Assembly (NCBI GenBank): GCA_002633005.1
Contig: NMRA01000717.1
Span: 22,407-86,406, forward strand
Length of the DNA stretch: 64,000 nt
Direction: 5' to 3'
Origin: Phoronis australis
Lineage: Eukaryota; Animalia; Phoronida
Shown: positions 29,001 through 39,895 of the stretch, piece after piece
How positions within the stretch are numbered: the stretch's first letter is position 1
Layout of the letters: each line of letters opens with the position of its first letter
Made by a program: the position numbers and the translations under genes
The notes under the pieces: model-generated
What the model saw: the letters and a program-made list of their open reading frames with translations, nothing else
Told to the model about the DNA's origin: nothing
The model's database searches: none

Positions 29001-31589
29001 AATTTCCGTCTTGCCACAGTTAGTGAGTTGTGTGTGTGAACGGCCACTTGACACCAATCAATTTGTTCCGTGTCAGTTGCACCGGGCCAAACGTTGATGT
29101 CAAAATGGGACTAATAAAGATTATAAAAACTTTTGGATAATCGGGTGGTCTACATTTAGGGGAAAGTTTTCATGGTGACAAAACTGCAATAACACCATGA
29201 TAAGAGTTGTGATGAGTGGAAAGAGTGAGCATCAGGCGTTTTGCCAGTTGTTTTTAGTATCTAGACCGACATTCTAAGGCAAACTACAACCAGAATTTTG
29301 ACGTTCAGCCATATATGGTACAGCAGGCTGCACAGTTGGCTAGCTGATCACAGATGCATGATTAAAGTGATATTAAACCCGTGCTTTCCGTGAAAAAAAA
29401 TAATGATTTAGGCCACTTGATATTGTGAAATTGATCTTTAAATTCAGTTTTGACGTGGTCTCTGGGCTTGGAAAGAATTGACATTTCGTCACAATGTAGT
29501 TCCTCACACCAAGCACAGGCATAACATTTCAACACAATGTAGTTCTTCACACCAAGCACAGGCATAACATTTCAGATATCATTTCTAAGTCGAATAAGAA
29601 ACAAAAAACACAAGAATTATATAATGGCAAGTGGGATAAATCAAAACTTTTTCTGACAGAAAGCACGGGTTTAATGTCAAAAGTTAAATAAAATCAGGAA
29701 GTCGAGAATCAGAATCGGACTTAGGCCCAGCCCTGTAAGTTTGTCACTTGAGGCAATTCAATATCAAACCAGTCAACAGAGCGAAAGGTCAATACTTGCC
29801 AATGGCCAACGGTCCTGTTGGGTTTACTCATCAGGGGGCTCTTCCACTAAGGTTTAATATACTAGGTATGTGTGGCAAAGTTGACATTTTGTCCTCAGTA
29901 AACAGGTCCTTCTTGATCATGGCTGCCAGAAGACCCATGCAGTTTTCACCGGCAATGACTGTTATTTGGCGAAAACTAGTTCTCAGCTCACAGCCATTTT
30001 CAAGAAGTTGACCGGTTTAGTTGACTTAAAAGCTCACCTTGTAGGTAGTTCTCTTCATCTTGACACCGAGGGTAGTAGCTTAGAGATATATCAGTATTTG
30101 GCTGCGATTTTGAGGAAGGGTGTTAGGTAGATAACAAATGAATCCAATTAGGCCAGGTGGAGAAACTGTTATCTCGAGAAGGGGTTTATGTAGCCAGCCA
30201 GCTATACTTGTCTGAAGAGTAACAAAATTTAGGTGTGTACAGTACAGCTTTACACCAACTAAGGCTAGGGTTTATGTTTCCAGATAAATGTCTCAGGTAG
30301 GGCACTATTTTTCTCTTTAGAGGCGCATGTAGTGTGACCTAGGGGGATAAGTGTTCGCTTCATTTCCTCGTATTCAAGGTCATGGGGCACATTGCTATTC
30401 AGACCATTTGATTCAGGTATCTAACTCCTCCGCTCAATTTTAACTATAATGATTAAAAGCATACGTGTACCCTAACACAACTAACGAAATTGCTGGCGCA
30501 ATGGGTCATTTTTTCACAGAGTCGTTACTTATGCATTGGCTGCGATCTCGGCTGATTAAGTTAGATATGACGTAATTAGCGGGCGAAACAACAAAAACTT
30601 TTTCAAACTTATCTCTTTGAACCTTTTACACTAAGTGGAAGTCTCGCATTTTCTTGGGTTCATTTTTCACTCCTCTCGTGAACGTAAGTTCGTTTGCATT
30701 CACGCAAGAATATTTGTTCTCTCGCGAATGTTGCATGGGGTTCGAACTTTGGCGGACTTATTAATGGATCGAGGAAAAATGCTCAGGAGAGGAAAATAAT
30801 TTGTTGAGTAATAATCTTCTCAAATGTTGTTGATTTCATGAAAAGGTCAGGTGTGAAGTGGTGGTCCTGATCCAGAGAGAGTGGGAAACTGCACTGTTAT
30901 GACACTTCATGTTATTGTTTAGGTAGAACTACTGCCGACACAGTTTGAAACCGGCATGCCATATCAGTCTGTTACCTACCAGACCACCTGAAATTATATT
31001 TTTATCATTTTTCTGACTTGCTATTGTGTTGGTCTGAATTTTGAGGCACTGACCCTACCCTTATCCATTATCCATAAGGAATGTTTGGGACCAGTCATCT
31101 CCGGGTTTCCACGATTTTCAGAAAACCACATTTTGAAACAGGTCTTCTATTCTTTTCAGTCTTCAGAGTTGGCCAAAATCACAGGCCACGCGCACTTTGT
31201 CTTCAAGTTGTGCACTGACGTATGTCGACATCAACATCGAACATGAAATTGAATATAGATAAATAGGCTAAATAAAACACAGGCGTCCTCAGCTTCTGAT
31301 CGTCCCCAATACACTACAATATAATAGGTATTATATGTAGTGTATTGGGGACGACCAGAAGCTGAGGACGCCTGTGAAATAAAATACCTTCCATGATATC
31401 CTCTGTCGGCAATGTTGACGGTGTCTGACGTTCATTTCCATTGTTGTCGTTTGTGTTCGATTTTGCTCGATTCCCTGCATATCCACCATGTGCAAGCTGA
31501 GAAATATCTGCCTCGCTATCGTCTGTTGAGATACTATTGTAGTTCTCGTGCTGAACACTAGACAGATTTGGGCCTGGTTGCTCACTCAT
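1936..31589 (-). CDS. SVOP: SVOP-like MFS transporter, paralogue A (multi-exon gene span; 3' exons lie left of the window)
   Basis: Join of 31388-31589, 22865-22950, 18976-19074, 16745-16816, 16135-16259, 14345-14408, 13427-13552, 9258-9389, 8595-8671, 7902-7984, 7602-7703, 5336-5447, 3476-3557, 2922-3011 is one open frame with GT-AG junctions. It carries SVOP motifs [58 protein letters not shown]. Confidence 0.93.
2106..2255. repeat. 47-bp tandem repeat x3
   Basis: tgccctgttgatcccatacatatgaaac(t/a)gtcagatagtatgcttta starting at 2106, 2153 and 2200. Confidence 0.9.
2922..3011 (-). CDS. SVOP: Paralogue A exon 14 ([30 protein letters not shown])
   Basis: tcccag| ... |gtaact, 90 nt. Confidence 0.93.
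3476..3557 (-). CDS. SVOP: Paralogue A exon 13 ([27 protein letters not shown])
   Basis: tttcag| ... |gtaaag, 82 nt. Confidence 0.94.
4428..4539 (-). CDS. SVOP: Duplicate (probably allelic) copy of paralogue A exon 12
   Basis: Offset 908, in the block duplicated across N5044. Confidence 0.7.
5336..5447 (-). CDS. SVOP: Paralogue A exon 12 ([38 protein letters not shown])
   Basis: ttgtag| ... |gttagg, 112 nt. Confidence 0.92.
6442..6824 (-). CDS. SVOP: Duplicate (probably allelic) copies of paralogue A exons 10 (6742-6824) and 11 (6442-6543)
   Basis: Offset 1160 from the first copies, in the block duplicated across N6964. Confidence 0.7.
7150..7551. mobile_element. Tc1/mariner-pogo type MITE of about 400 bp; copy at 5978-6391
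   Basis: TA|cagtggagcccacttaatgtc ... gatattaagcgggctcctctg|TA: 21-bp TIR with 3 mismatches and TA TSD. Confidence 0.75.
7602..7703 (-). CDS. SVOP: Paralogue A exon 11 ([33 protein letters not shown]); second copy at 6442-6543
   Basis: tattag| ... |gtaagg, 102 nt. Confidence 0.92.
7902..7984 (-). CDS. SVOP: Paralogue A exon 10 ([27 protein letters not shown]); second copy at 6742-6824
   Basis: ctttag| ... |gtaagt, 83 nt. Confidence 0.92.
8595..8671 (-). CDS. SVOP: Paralogue A exon 9 ([26 protein letters not shown])
   Basis: tcacag| ... |gtaagc, 77 nt. Confidence 0.93.
9258..9389 (-). CDS. SVOP: Paralogue A exon 8 ([44 protein letters not shown])
   Basis: tttcag| ... |gttagt, 132 nt, PESxR motif. 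Confidence 0.93.
9473..10163. mobile_element. Tc1/mariner-type MITE of 691 bp; partial copy at 12131-12702
   Basis: TA|cagtacagccactgaatt ... aattcagtggctgtactg|TA: perfect TIR and TA TSD. Confidence 0.85.
10635..10760 (-). CDS. SVOP: Duplicate (probably allelic) copy of paralogue A exon 7, LIVM instead of LIIM
   Basis: Near-identical to 13427-13552, splice sites intact. Confidence 0.7.
11144..11307 (-). mobile_element. tRNA-derived SINE; copy at 13936-14099
   Basis: Minus-strand head ggcagtgtggctaagtgtgataag...gggtttgagtcccac with A/B-box-like motifs. Body shared with 15410-15603 and 57931-58057. Confidence 0.7.
11553..11616 (-). CDS. SVOP: Duplicate (probably allelic) copy of paralogue A exon 6
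   Basis: Identical to 14345-14408 and lies in the block duplicated across N12130. Confidence 0.7.
11670..11995. repeat. 12-bp-unit minisatellite (gtgtcacagaca)n interrupted by a 77-bp TIR mini-element at 11861-11937; copy at 14462-14787
   Basis: Repeat visible directly. The insert ends are catgggtggtgca ... tgcgccgcccatg. Confidence 0.85.
13427..13552 (-). CDS. SVOP: Paralogue A exon 7 ([42 protein letters not shown]); second copy at 10635-10760
   Basis: tttcag| ... |gtaagc, 126 nt. Confidence 0.93.
14345..14408 (-). CDS. SVOP: Paralogue A exon 6 ([21 protein letters not shown]); second copy at 11553-11616
   Basis: tttcag| ... |gtatga, 64 nt. Confidence 0.92.
15410..15603 (-). mobile_element. 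5'-truncated SINE of the same family, with TSD
   Basis: Flanked by the direct repeat tcatatgttgaaaa. B-box ggttcaagtcc on the minus strand. Confidence 0.75.
16135..16259 (-). CDS. SVOP: Paralogue A exon 5 ([42 protein letters not shown])
   Basis: ttacag| ... |gtaagt, 125 nt. Confidence 0.94.
16745..16816 (-). CDS. SVOP: Paralogue A exon 4 ([24 protein letters not shown]), MFS motif A
   Basis: 72 nt, same size as the paralogue B exon. The acceptor is ambiguous because it is tandemly repeated. Confidence 0.9.
16808..16938. repeat. 19-bp tandem repeat x7 spanning the exon 4 splice acceptor
   Basis: gaatacaatctgtaacagt units at 16808, 16827, 16846, 16865, 16884, 16903 and 16922. Confidence 0.95.
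17768..18060. repeat. 33-bp minisatellite, about 9 copies
   Basis: Unit gtatactcatgagactgggccctacagcacgat. Confidence 0.93.
18976..19074 (-). CDS. SVOP: Paralogue A exon 3 ([33 protein letters not shown])
   Basis: ttcaag| ... |gtaagg, 99 nt. Confidence 0.94.
19221..19520. repeat. 19-bp minisatellite, about 15 copies
   Basis: Unit tgaactgagtgaagtgctc with variants. Confidence 0.92.
19886..21605 (+). mobile_element. HINE/DINE-1/pearl-like non-autonomous element with tandem core
   Basis: Starts aacaagagc. SubTIR atgtgcccac/gtgggcacat, core subunits of about 145 bp, a (ggac)n tract and a 3' hairpin atgtgtccacatat-aa-atatgtgggcacat. Confidence 0.72.
22865..22950 (-). CDS. SVOP: Paralogue A exon 2 ([29 protein letters not shown])
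   Basis: ttccag| ... |gtaagt, 86 nt, SVOP-like peptide. Confidence 0.93.
23721..23843. repeat. 17-bp tandem repeat x7
   Basis: Unit aaattgtttgatacaac. Confidence 0.92.
28730..29083. mobile_element. Putative MITE
   Basis: Imperfect TIR ggatcagctgacacggaac ... gttccgtgtcagttgcacc. No clear TSD. Confidence 0.5.
29362..29687. mobile_element. Putative TTAA-flanked (Kolobok-like) MITE with an internal duplication of about 42 bp
   Basis: TIR tgatattaaacccgtgctttc ... gaaagcacgggtttaatgtca, with ttaa near both ends. Confidence 0.6.
31278..31376. repeat. 99-bp near-perfect palindrome at the start of intron 1 of paralogue A
   Basis: Arms cacaggcgtcctcagcttctg(a/g)tcgtccccaatacactaca(a)tataata around a gg centre. 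Confidence 0.95.
31388..31589 (-). CDS. SVOP: Paralogue A exon 1 (hydrophilic N-terminus MSEQPGPNL...EDIME)
   Basis: ATG at 31589, open frame, donor G|GTATTT. Phase 1 matches exon 2. The sequence is low-conservation, so the assignment rests on phase and position. Confidence 0.72.
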
Positions 31590-31665
31590 ATCGCCCCGAT
31601 TACAACGTCTCACTGGATGCCCATCGAATCGGTCTGTGGTCACAGTGTTAACAATTGAGATTGTT

Positions 31666-31679
31666 GCGCCCTCTAGTGG
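31666..31679 (-). promoter_or_regulatory. CTCF-consensus-like motif CCACTAGAGGGCGC upstream of the paralogue A ATG
   Basis: Matches the CCASYAGRKGGCRS core and lies 77 nt upstream of the ATG. Binding is not shown. Confidence 0.45.
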
Positions 31680-34600
31680 GCTTGTAAATTCTTAGGTCTA
31701 CCCTGTAGGCCTACGACGGCTTTACCCGCCAAATTGAGTTTCGCTCAGTATTCCCGCACCAGAGTGTCAGTTATTCGTGTGATACCGGAGTTTTGTACCC
31801 GGCCTTGGTTTTGCCTCTAACATTTCGATCGCTTGGTCTAAAAATTTTCAGACCCTTATCATAAACAATATCTAACTACAATAAGCACCAGGCTAACTGC
31901 TGACAGACACATCACCCTTACTCCAAAACCACACATGAATGGATGAAACTACTTTTGACCAGCTGCATCGGTTTAGGGATAAAACCCAACTTAGGACAGT
32001 TCTTTCTGTGGCCGGGTAAATGCGAACACCGGGGATTATATACATGAACCAGTGCCAGACAACTGAAAACACGAAATACCAGTTTTAACATATACTCAGA
32101 ATCATGATCGCATTATTGTTTATACACATGTTAAATAAGATTGCATGCACAACGCCAATGGAAAAATTACAAAACCTACAGATTGAATTAGGACTCAGGA
32201 AAGTCCAAGAAATGGCAGCAAAATCAAATAACGCTTGTAGTTCGAACAACTAAGCTTGAAAATAAACAATCTCTGTTTCTTCAAGAAATAGATGCGAGCA
32301 ACTAATGAGACACAATTTGAACCAAAGTATCAGGAACTGAATTGTAAAACTTTAACATTCATCAGAGTCAATTGCAAACAATGATAAAAATAACATGGAT
32401 GCAGAATAACGGTAGTTGTATTTCACTTATTTATAAGTATAGTGGTGTAGAACAGAACATGACAAATTAATGTAGAATAGGAACGATGTACACACACTGT
32501 TGGATGCACATATATTTTAGCACAGTCAATGGATGTTCAGTAGACGCAATTTTCAACTAGTAGTCTTTGTCCAAATGAATATTGGATTTTATTATTTTTG
32601 AATTTTCACTTGCTTTCTTAAATAAGCACATTCATTCACTGGGTGTTGCTGCAGTTATAAGAATATTTCCAACCACACACAGTTAACAACGTTAATTTTT
32701 CTTTTTAAGGTGTAAATGCTTAAGCATTATACAACAAATAGTCTAGCTCAACGAAATTCTGTTCGCTTTCGTGAGGTGAATCCACTAAGCTGTCAGTTTC
32801 TGCTCAAATCTGATTATTAAAGTCTGACTTAGGCTAGAAAGCAAGTACAATATTATTTTTATCCATACTCCCTGTAAAACATTACGGTAAATGTCAGGTA
32901 AACTGTGAATTGAGTAAATGTCCTTAATGTTTTGTGTGAAAACAAAACAACTTAAGCAAAACAACAGATGAGTTACACAGTGACTGCAATCAAAATGTAA
33001 CATTAGAAATCAAAGATCAGAGTGATGAGTAACAGCAGTGTCCACTGTAACTGTGTTACTGGAATGAGTAGGGCCTACACACACACCATACACATGTCAG
33101 AGTGACTGCACAGCAAGATAATTGTACAAGTAATACAATTGTGCAGTACACTTCAAGCGTTTGCGTCATGTAAACGGGAATACACATGTAGATATAATGT
33201 GTTAAGACCACGCTTTCATTCTGCGACACTTTATTGAATCTAAATCACTTGTGCCCTGACATACAGAAAGCAGTACTGTGTCTGCAACAATGGTCATCCT
33301 GTCACTTGCAAGCAATTATTCTTCGAATGGGCAATGTGTCAAAGTCGTGAACCAATGAGGTCACCCAACCAAGTTAACTTGTACTACGACATCAACGTAC
33401 AGAAATGAGCAGTACATCACATGGATACTAAGGCTGGATAGATAGCCCATAGAAGTTACACGACAGAAAACAAAGCAAGTTGATAGAAACATATCTGAAA
33501 TCTTTTGTTGTGCTAACGTAAAAGTAAATCCAAAATGAACAGTTATTCAATAAAGAGACAACTTAAACTAAGACAGCAAGACCAATTTGAAAACCATGTC
33601 ATTCCTGGCTTTTAGTGGCACCAACACAGGGTCCGAGTGATTTTTGAGCGATGACAGGCAGACCAATAGACCAAAACAAACCCAAACAAATGTACAATTA
33701 TGACACAATTACAATATTTTAGTACTGCACAAGTTTGATGAAAATGCGGAAGAATCTGGCCTATATAGATGACTTTACGTCCGAATAACCGAGGAACTTA
33801 TTTTTAGACGCTTGAATAAATAATCTCATTAATTTGTTCACGTTTCATATAGAGTGGAGTATTCCTCTTTTTCTTCAACAACAAGATTTTAAATGTCGCC
33901 TGTAAATTATAATTTTTTTCTTTTCATTATTCATAAGTTGATAAAGTGTTTAGTTGTTGGAATTTTGACCTTTCCTTTCTGTTTAGTCCTGTCACTTAGC
34001 AAATGTTATTAGTGAAATGAACATTTTACCATAGACAACTTGTTTTCAGTTTATAGAAAGCTCTTTAGAAACTTCAGAGTTCACCTTTTTGCAGAGAAAT
34101 GTTGCTTCTCAGATTTTAGGTGTGTTCCCTGCAACAGAATCTAAAATAAAAGAGTAGGACACAACCAGATGACCACCTGGGATTGCCACTTTTAAGGCCA
34201 GGGGGTACTTTCATTTGCTGTTATAAGAATCAAACAAAAGCACGCTTTTAGTAGTTGATCAAGTGAGAGAGGATATAATTCTTTGGGACTTTGCCACCAT
34301 TCCCCGTCATCATAGCGTGGACCTCATTTTGCGTTACTTTTTTGCCATCATCTGATCCTCTTCTCTGTGTGTGATAAGATCTCCTTGAGAAAGAATTAAG
34401 TTTCACGTACCGGTAGGCAATCTGTTGTTTACAGCTATATTTAGCTTTTTGTTGACTTCAATCCATTGACTACAGGATATACATCAAATACACTGGGTGA
34501 TTTAGAACAGGCACTAACAAAGGGATTACCAATTAGTGATTACACACTCAGTTAATGTTAAGTAAACTTAATTGAAGAGCATTTATTTATAGGTACCCTG

Positions 34601-35848
34601 AGTTCATGCATAGCTATTTTCTCCTCTTTAGTGTGTTGGAGGGGTATTTTGGTGCTGTCTTGGGACTGAAGATCCCTATCTATTTCTCCTGGTTTTATCA
34701 CCACTGTCACATATGAATCAGTCTCAGTTCATATCTAAAGTAGTTGTAGGTCACAACCAACACTCTCACAACAAATGTTAGACTAAAAAGAGATTTGCAG
34801 GGTAAAGACAACTGATATGGGATTCTGGGAACTGAAGCAATACACAATTACGGCCATAAAAGTGCGACTCAACTGTGCATGTATATGTATATGACCTGTT
34901 CACTTCAATGTTGTTAACCAAGCATATGTGGAACGTTTGACTGAACATGTATAGCCAAAACATAGCCTGGGATCGAACACAATGATGATGGTTTCAAGAA
35001 AACGCCCTAAATTGTGAAATGGATTTAGAGGTTGCACGCTACCATGAAAAAAGAATAGTTTATAAAATTGTGACATCAGCGTATTTCTAAGCTGTAAGGT
35101 CACCTTGGTTAGCTTCAGTCTCATTTTGGAATGGATATAAAGTGTACAGTAAACTTGTTCAGAGTGTTTCTTTTAATACTTGTATGAAAATGGAGAATTG
35201 GTTAAATTCAATGTAGTGACTATTTTCAGTTTACACATTCAAATTAAAAAATATAATTAATGAATAAACAAGATTGCTTATTTAGGTTAATAATGTCTAA
35301 GATTCTCTTGACAACTGTTGCCAACTTTATTAAAGTCTGCCATTATCTTTTGTCTTGTTCTACTTACAGGTGTTCATTTAAATGGATGACACCAGTGACG
35401 TCTGCATAACCAACTTACACAGGGACATATGCGCAACTGAAATAGTTCTCAATATATGATATAGCTGTAAAACTATTATATCCACTATTACGAAAATATC
35501 ATGACGTTCTGGAAAGTGCATGAATGAAAGTAAAAGCTTGTGTTAAATCACCAAAGCCTGTACAGAAAATCACAACAAGTTTTGTATTCATACACCACCT
35601 TATTATTTTGTAAAATCATAAATATTGGATGTAGAAAAAATCAATATCATCTCATACACTGTTTTTTGTGTTGTTTTTGTATATTTTAACGAAAAGTCTT
35701 TAAGTATTTTATAAAAATTCATTTATAGCGTGTACAGAATACTACGCTGGGTGTTAAGTTCCAATGTTTACTATTACTACCAGTAGTGATTGAGGGTGTG
35801 GGTAAGTTGACACTTTCTAAGTTATAAACATAGCAGCAGTCCGAGATC

Positions 35849-37678
35849 TGTACTGCTGTAGCTAGAGACCAGGCGAGTTTTCTCATGTGCAGTTATAATT
35901 CCCAGCTGCCTATAATGCATGGTCTGCAACGAGAACGTATTAAAATCACAACGCTACCAGAATGCACTCTTTTTATTGCTTACTAAACTTGATGTCTTTA
36001 CTGACACCGCGGATACCAGTAGTTTTCACTGTCATCCACGTCCGTATAGGGGCTCGCATTCCATCACGGTGGCACTTATGAGTGGCAACTGCTGCCAGGT
36101 GGTTTGTTGATTGGCACAATTATGTTGCATACTCAGCAGAATTAATGAGGAACAAATTATTACAGCATTCATTGTTCAAGGAAGTCACGCACTAAGTTTC
36201 CTGCATCGATCCTAACCACTTCACCAGACACACGAAAAATTTTCAAGCGTCAGGGTTAAACCGTGACAACCGGCATAGGCGTGGGGCCGAGGACAATCGA
36301 GAAAAGAAAGACTGTGAAATACAGATAAGAGAGAAAATTCAAGAGCACTTTTGACAACTCTGCATCAGTGCATGGTTAACCTTTTGAGGACCTTGGCCAG
36401 GACATTGTCGTTAGGGTCTCCGCTTTTGCAGTACAGGTCGTCTAAACGCACTGGAAAACGCGCGCGATTTCAATCATACGTATTTATGCTCGGAATATGT
36501 CCCGAAAATAATAGGTGCGTCGCAAGCTCCGTTTCCAGAGATACAAAGGAGACCGTGTATAGGCAATATAAGGTCATTTATTATGACTGATAAGGTACAG
36601 AAATATGAGTGTAGAAATAACATAAAGATAAAATAATAATCTCTGGAAAGATGGGCAATAAAAAGCGCCAGCACTCAGGTAAGAGGAACTACCCAGAGTA
36701 GAGGGTGGTAGAGGGCGGGAAAAATGAAGAGAGATTAGCTCGAACCTAAGTGCTGCAAAGCGAAGTACAGATGGCAGGAAATATAACTTTCTTGAGAACA
36801 AAGGAACCCTATGACACGTGACAATCATCAGCCTATGGGAGCCAGGAGCTGACCAAACTCGTGGCAGTAATACAAACAAACCAATAGTGAGGCTGGAAAT
36901 GGAATGTCCTAGTGCCATGAGAGCAGGAGGACCGCATGCGAATCTACACAAGGGGTTATTGGACCAGTCCGAAAGAAGGGGGTATAAGAGGGACGAGTCC
37001 ATATTCTCGCATAAATATATTTAACGAGTGAAATGTCATTTNCTGTACTGCTGTAGCTAGAGACCAGGGGAGTTTTCTCATGTGCAGTTATAATTCCCAG
37101 CTGCCTATAATGCATGGTCTGCAACGAGAACGTATTAAAATCACAACGCAGCGAGAATGCACTCTTTTTATTGCTTACTAAACTCGATGTCTTTACTGAC
37201 ACCGCGGATACCAGTAGTTTTCACTGTCATCCACGTCCGTATAGGGGCTCACATTCCATCACGGTGGCACTCATGAGTGGCAACTGCTGCCAGGTGGTTT
37301 ATTGATTGGCACAATTATGTTGCATACTCAGCAGAATTAATGAGGAACAAATTATTACAGCATTCATTGTTCAAGGAAGTCACGCACTAAGTTTCCTGCA
37401 TAGATCCTAACCACTCCACCAGACACCCCAAAAATTTTCAAGCGTTAGGGTTAAACCGTGACAACCGACATAGGCGTGGGGACGAGGACAGTCGAGAAAA
37501 GAAAGACTGTGAAATACGGATAACAGAGAAAATTTAAGAGAACTTTTGACAACTCTGCATCAGTGCATGGTTAACCTTTTGAGGACCCTGGCCAGGACAT
37601 TGTCGTTAGGGTCTCCGCTTTTGCAGCACAGGTCGTATAAACAGACTGGAAAACGCGCACGAATTCAATCATACGTAT
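35849..37678. repeat. Direct duplication (35849-36484 and 37043-37678) across N37042
   Basis: The right copy starts at the N. SNP-level divergence. Confidence 0.85.
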
Positions 37679-39749
37679 ATTTCGAAAAATCGAGAAAATT
37701 TGTAAAGCAAAGCTTTTAAGGAGCGTACTAATTTACTGGATTTTTAAATTTTGCGAATGCAAAACTATATTTTTCCAGATGCCCTTCTCAGGCAAGGGAT
37801 AGCGGAAACAACTTTTGCTTTATTTTTCTCTCGAAATTGTATATTACTTGAGAAAAAATAATGACTTGACAAATAACATCAATTGCAGCGCATTTCCTGA
37901 TATTTGAAAATATAGATCTTTTCATATTTAGGGGCCCCGCCCTTGAAGGAGGCCATTGATGACCTTTTTGTGTTTTTATTGACAAATTCCTAAGGGGCCG
38001 CTCACGAAGAGAGGGCCCACTGTTGGAATCGATTACCTCTATTTTCCTGCTTTTTGTGAAATCGTGCAACCGTCTTTCATGTTGACGGAAGTCACTCCCT
38101 ACATCGTTTTGGGACCACACGACGGTGGAATGCACTGTCACTCTCTTCCAAGCTTAATGCTGTTTAGCCTTTCATCTTAAGGTGTACCATTTCAGAAGGT
38201 ACCCTCTCCATCGGTGGAGCGGTTCGGGGGAAATGTCCTTTTGTCCCTCTGCACATGTAAATCCGACACTGCCAAGTATTCACGACGGAAATTGAGATTC
38301 CAAAATCATCAAAAAACAAAACATTAATGCACAACACAGCCAATCGACCCAAACAACTAAAAATGTGAAAAAATACAGTAGGATTGCCGCCATCGAAAGG
38401 GTGGAATTTTGAAGAACGTGACGACCACTATTTGTGAATTACACAAAAATACGATTTCCAATCGTCAGTTATAAAATAATATTTCTGTTTCCCGTAGTAT
38501 CATAAGAATAATATCTCCTTTAATACTATGAGTCATTTATAAGGAATTCCCACAGGTGGAAAACACAGCTGTATAGGCTACTATTTGTGATGACCGTGTA
38601 CATGTCGAAAAGGGGAAATCAAAGAACTCTCGCAATCGTAAACAAAGATTTCAGCGTTTTTTTTGTCAGTGGAGTTCAAGTTTACCTCGTGAACCTTTAT
38701 ACATGTAGGCACCTCTGAAATGAGCAAAAATACGAATGCCCCATCTCCTATATTCCCCCGGTTTTTACCCGTCAAAAGTCTGCAAGCATGCATGCGGAAA
38801 TTGCATTTAACATTCCGATTTGATAAAAAAAATCTTGGTTTCTGATTTACTTGTTTATGTATCTATGAAAATCGATAGGTTCATTGATGATTTTTGACAT
38901 TTAGAAGCTAATCTTGTAAGAATGATGTTTCAGTGAATACAGCAGCCTGAATTTGGAAAACTCTATAATCCGATCCCCAAATAGTAAAGTACACTTATAG
39001 GCGATTTTTGCATATCTAAAATAACTCTCAAAGACTGACGAAATTCGGATTCACAAACTGTAGGTAGAAAAAAAAGTTTTAAAAATCCTCAAATAAATAA
39101 AATTAAACTCATTGCTTGGAAAGGTTGTCCTTGCACTTCCTTGGTTTTTTTAGTTTCCTTAGTATTAAGCAATGAATTTTTGTTCTTCAAAATGGAATTG
39201 ATTTCTTGTCCTGATTCGCGTGCACGTCATGACTGACGTACCCACGTTAAAAATAAGATGTAACCCTGCAGTAGGCCCGGCGCGCAGAATCTCAGTGATC
39301 GACGGGAACTGAATTTGAACTCCAGGCGTTCAGGAAGTGTGTACATTTTTGGGACACACTATCCTTTTCACCAGCCACCAGAAACTGGATTACCGGTCGT
39401 GTTTCAACCAGGCATTTTGAAACATCCCCAGGGGCTTCGGGACCTCACCTTATCAAAAAAAAAACTTCAAAGAATGGTCATAATAAAATAAAATTTTCCC
39501 GAAACTGGATCACAATAAAACGAATCTTTACTGTAGAGCGAGCGCAGACGACCGGTACGAGCTGAGCTCAGTGACCAGCAACTGAGTTCATCAGGAATTT
39601 CGTATTTTCACTGTTAGGTCTCAGCTATAGCTATTTGAGGCAGCTCCTCGCTACCAGTCAGTGTACTGGTCCCTATAGGCGCACTCTTACTCTCCGTGTT
39701 GGTTCACGGTTACTCAACTCTTGATGGCTTCATCCCCGCGGGATTGTGC

Positions 39750-39895
39750 CAGGGACGGATTCAGGATTTTGAGTGGGGGGGGGCAGGGCAGAGTATTATC
39801 CAAGGAGTTTACCCGTCAGAAATTCGCACCCTCGAACTGACAAATGGAATCTTAAGGGGGCCATGGCCCCTTAGTCACCCCTAAATCCGCCACTG
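39750..39895. mobile_element. Short GC-rich TIR element (hAT-like termini)
   Basis: cagggacggattcagg ... cctaaatccgccactg. TSD not evident. Confidence 0.5.
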
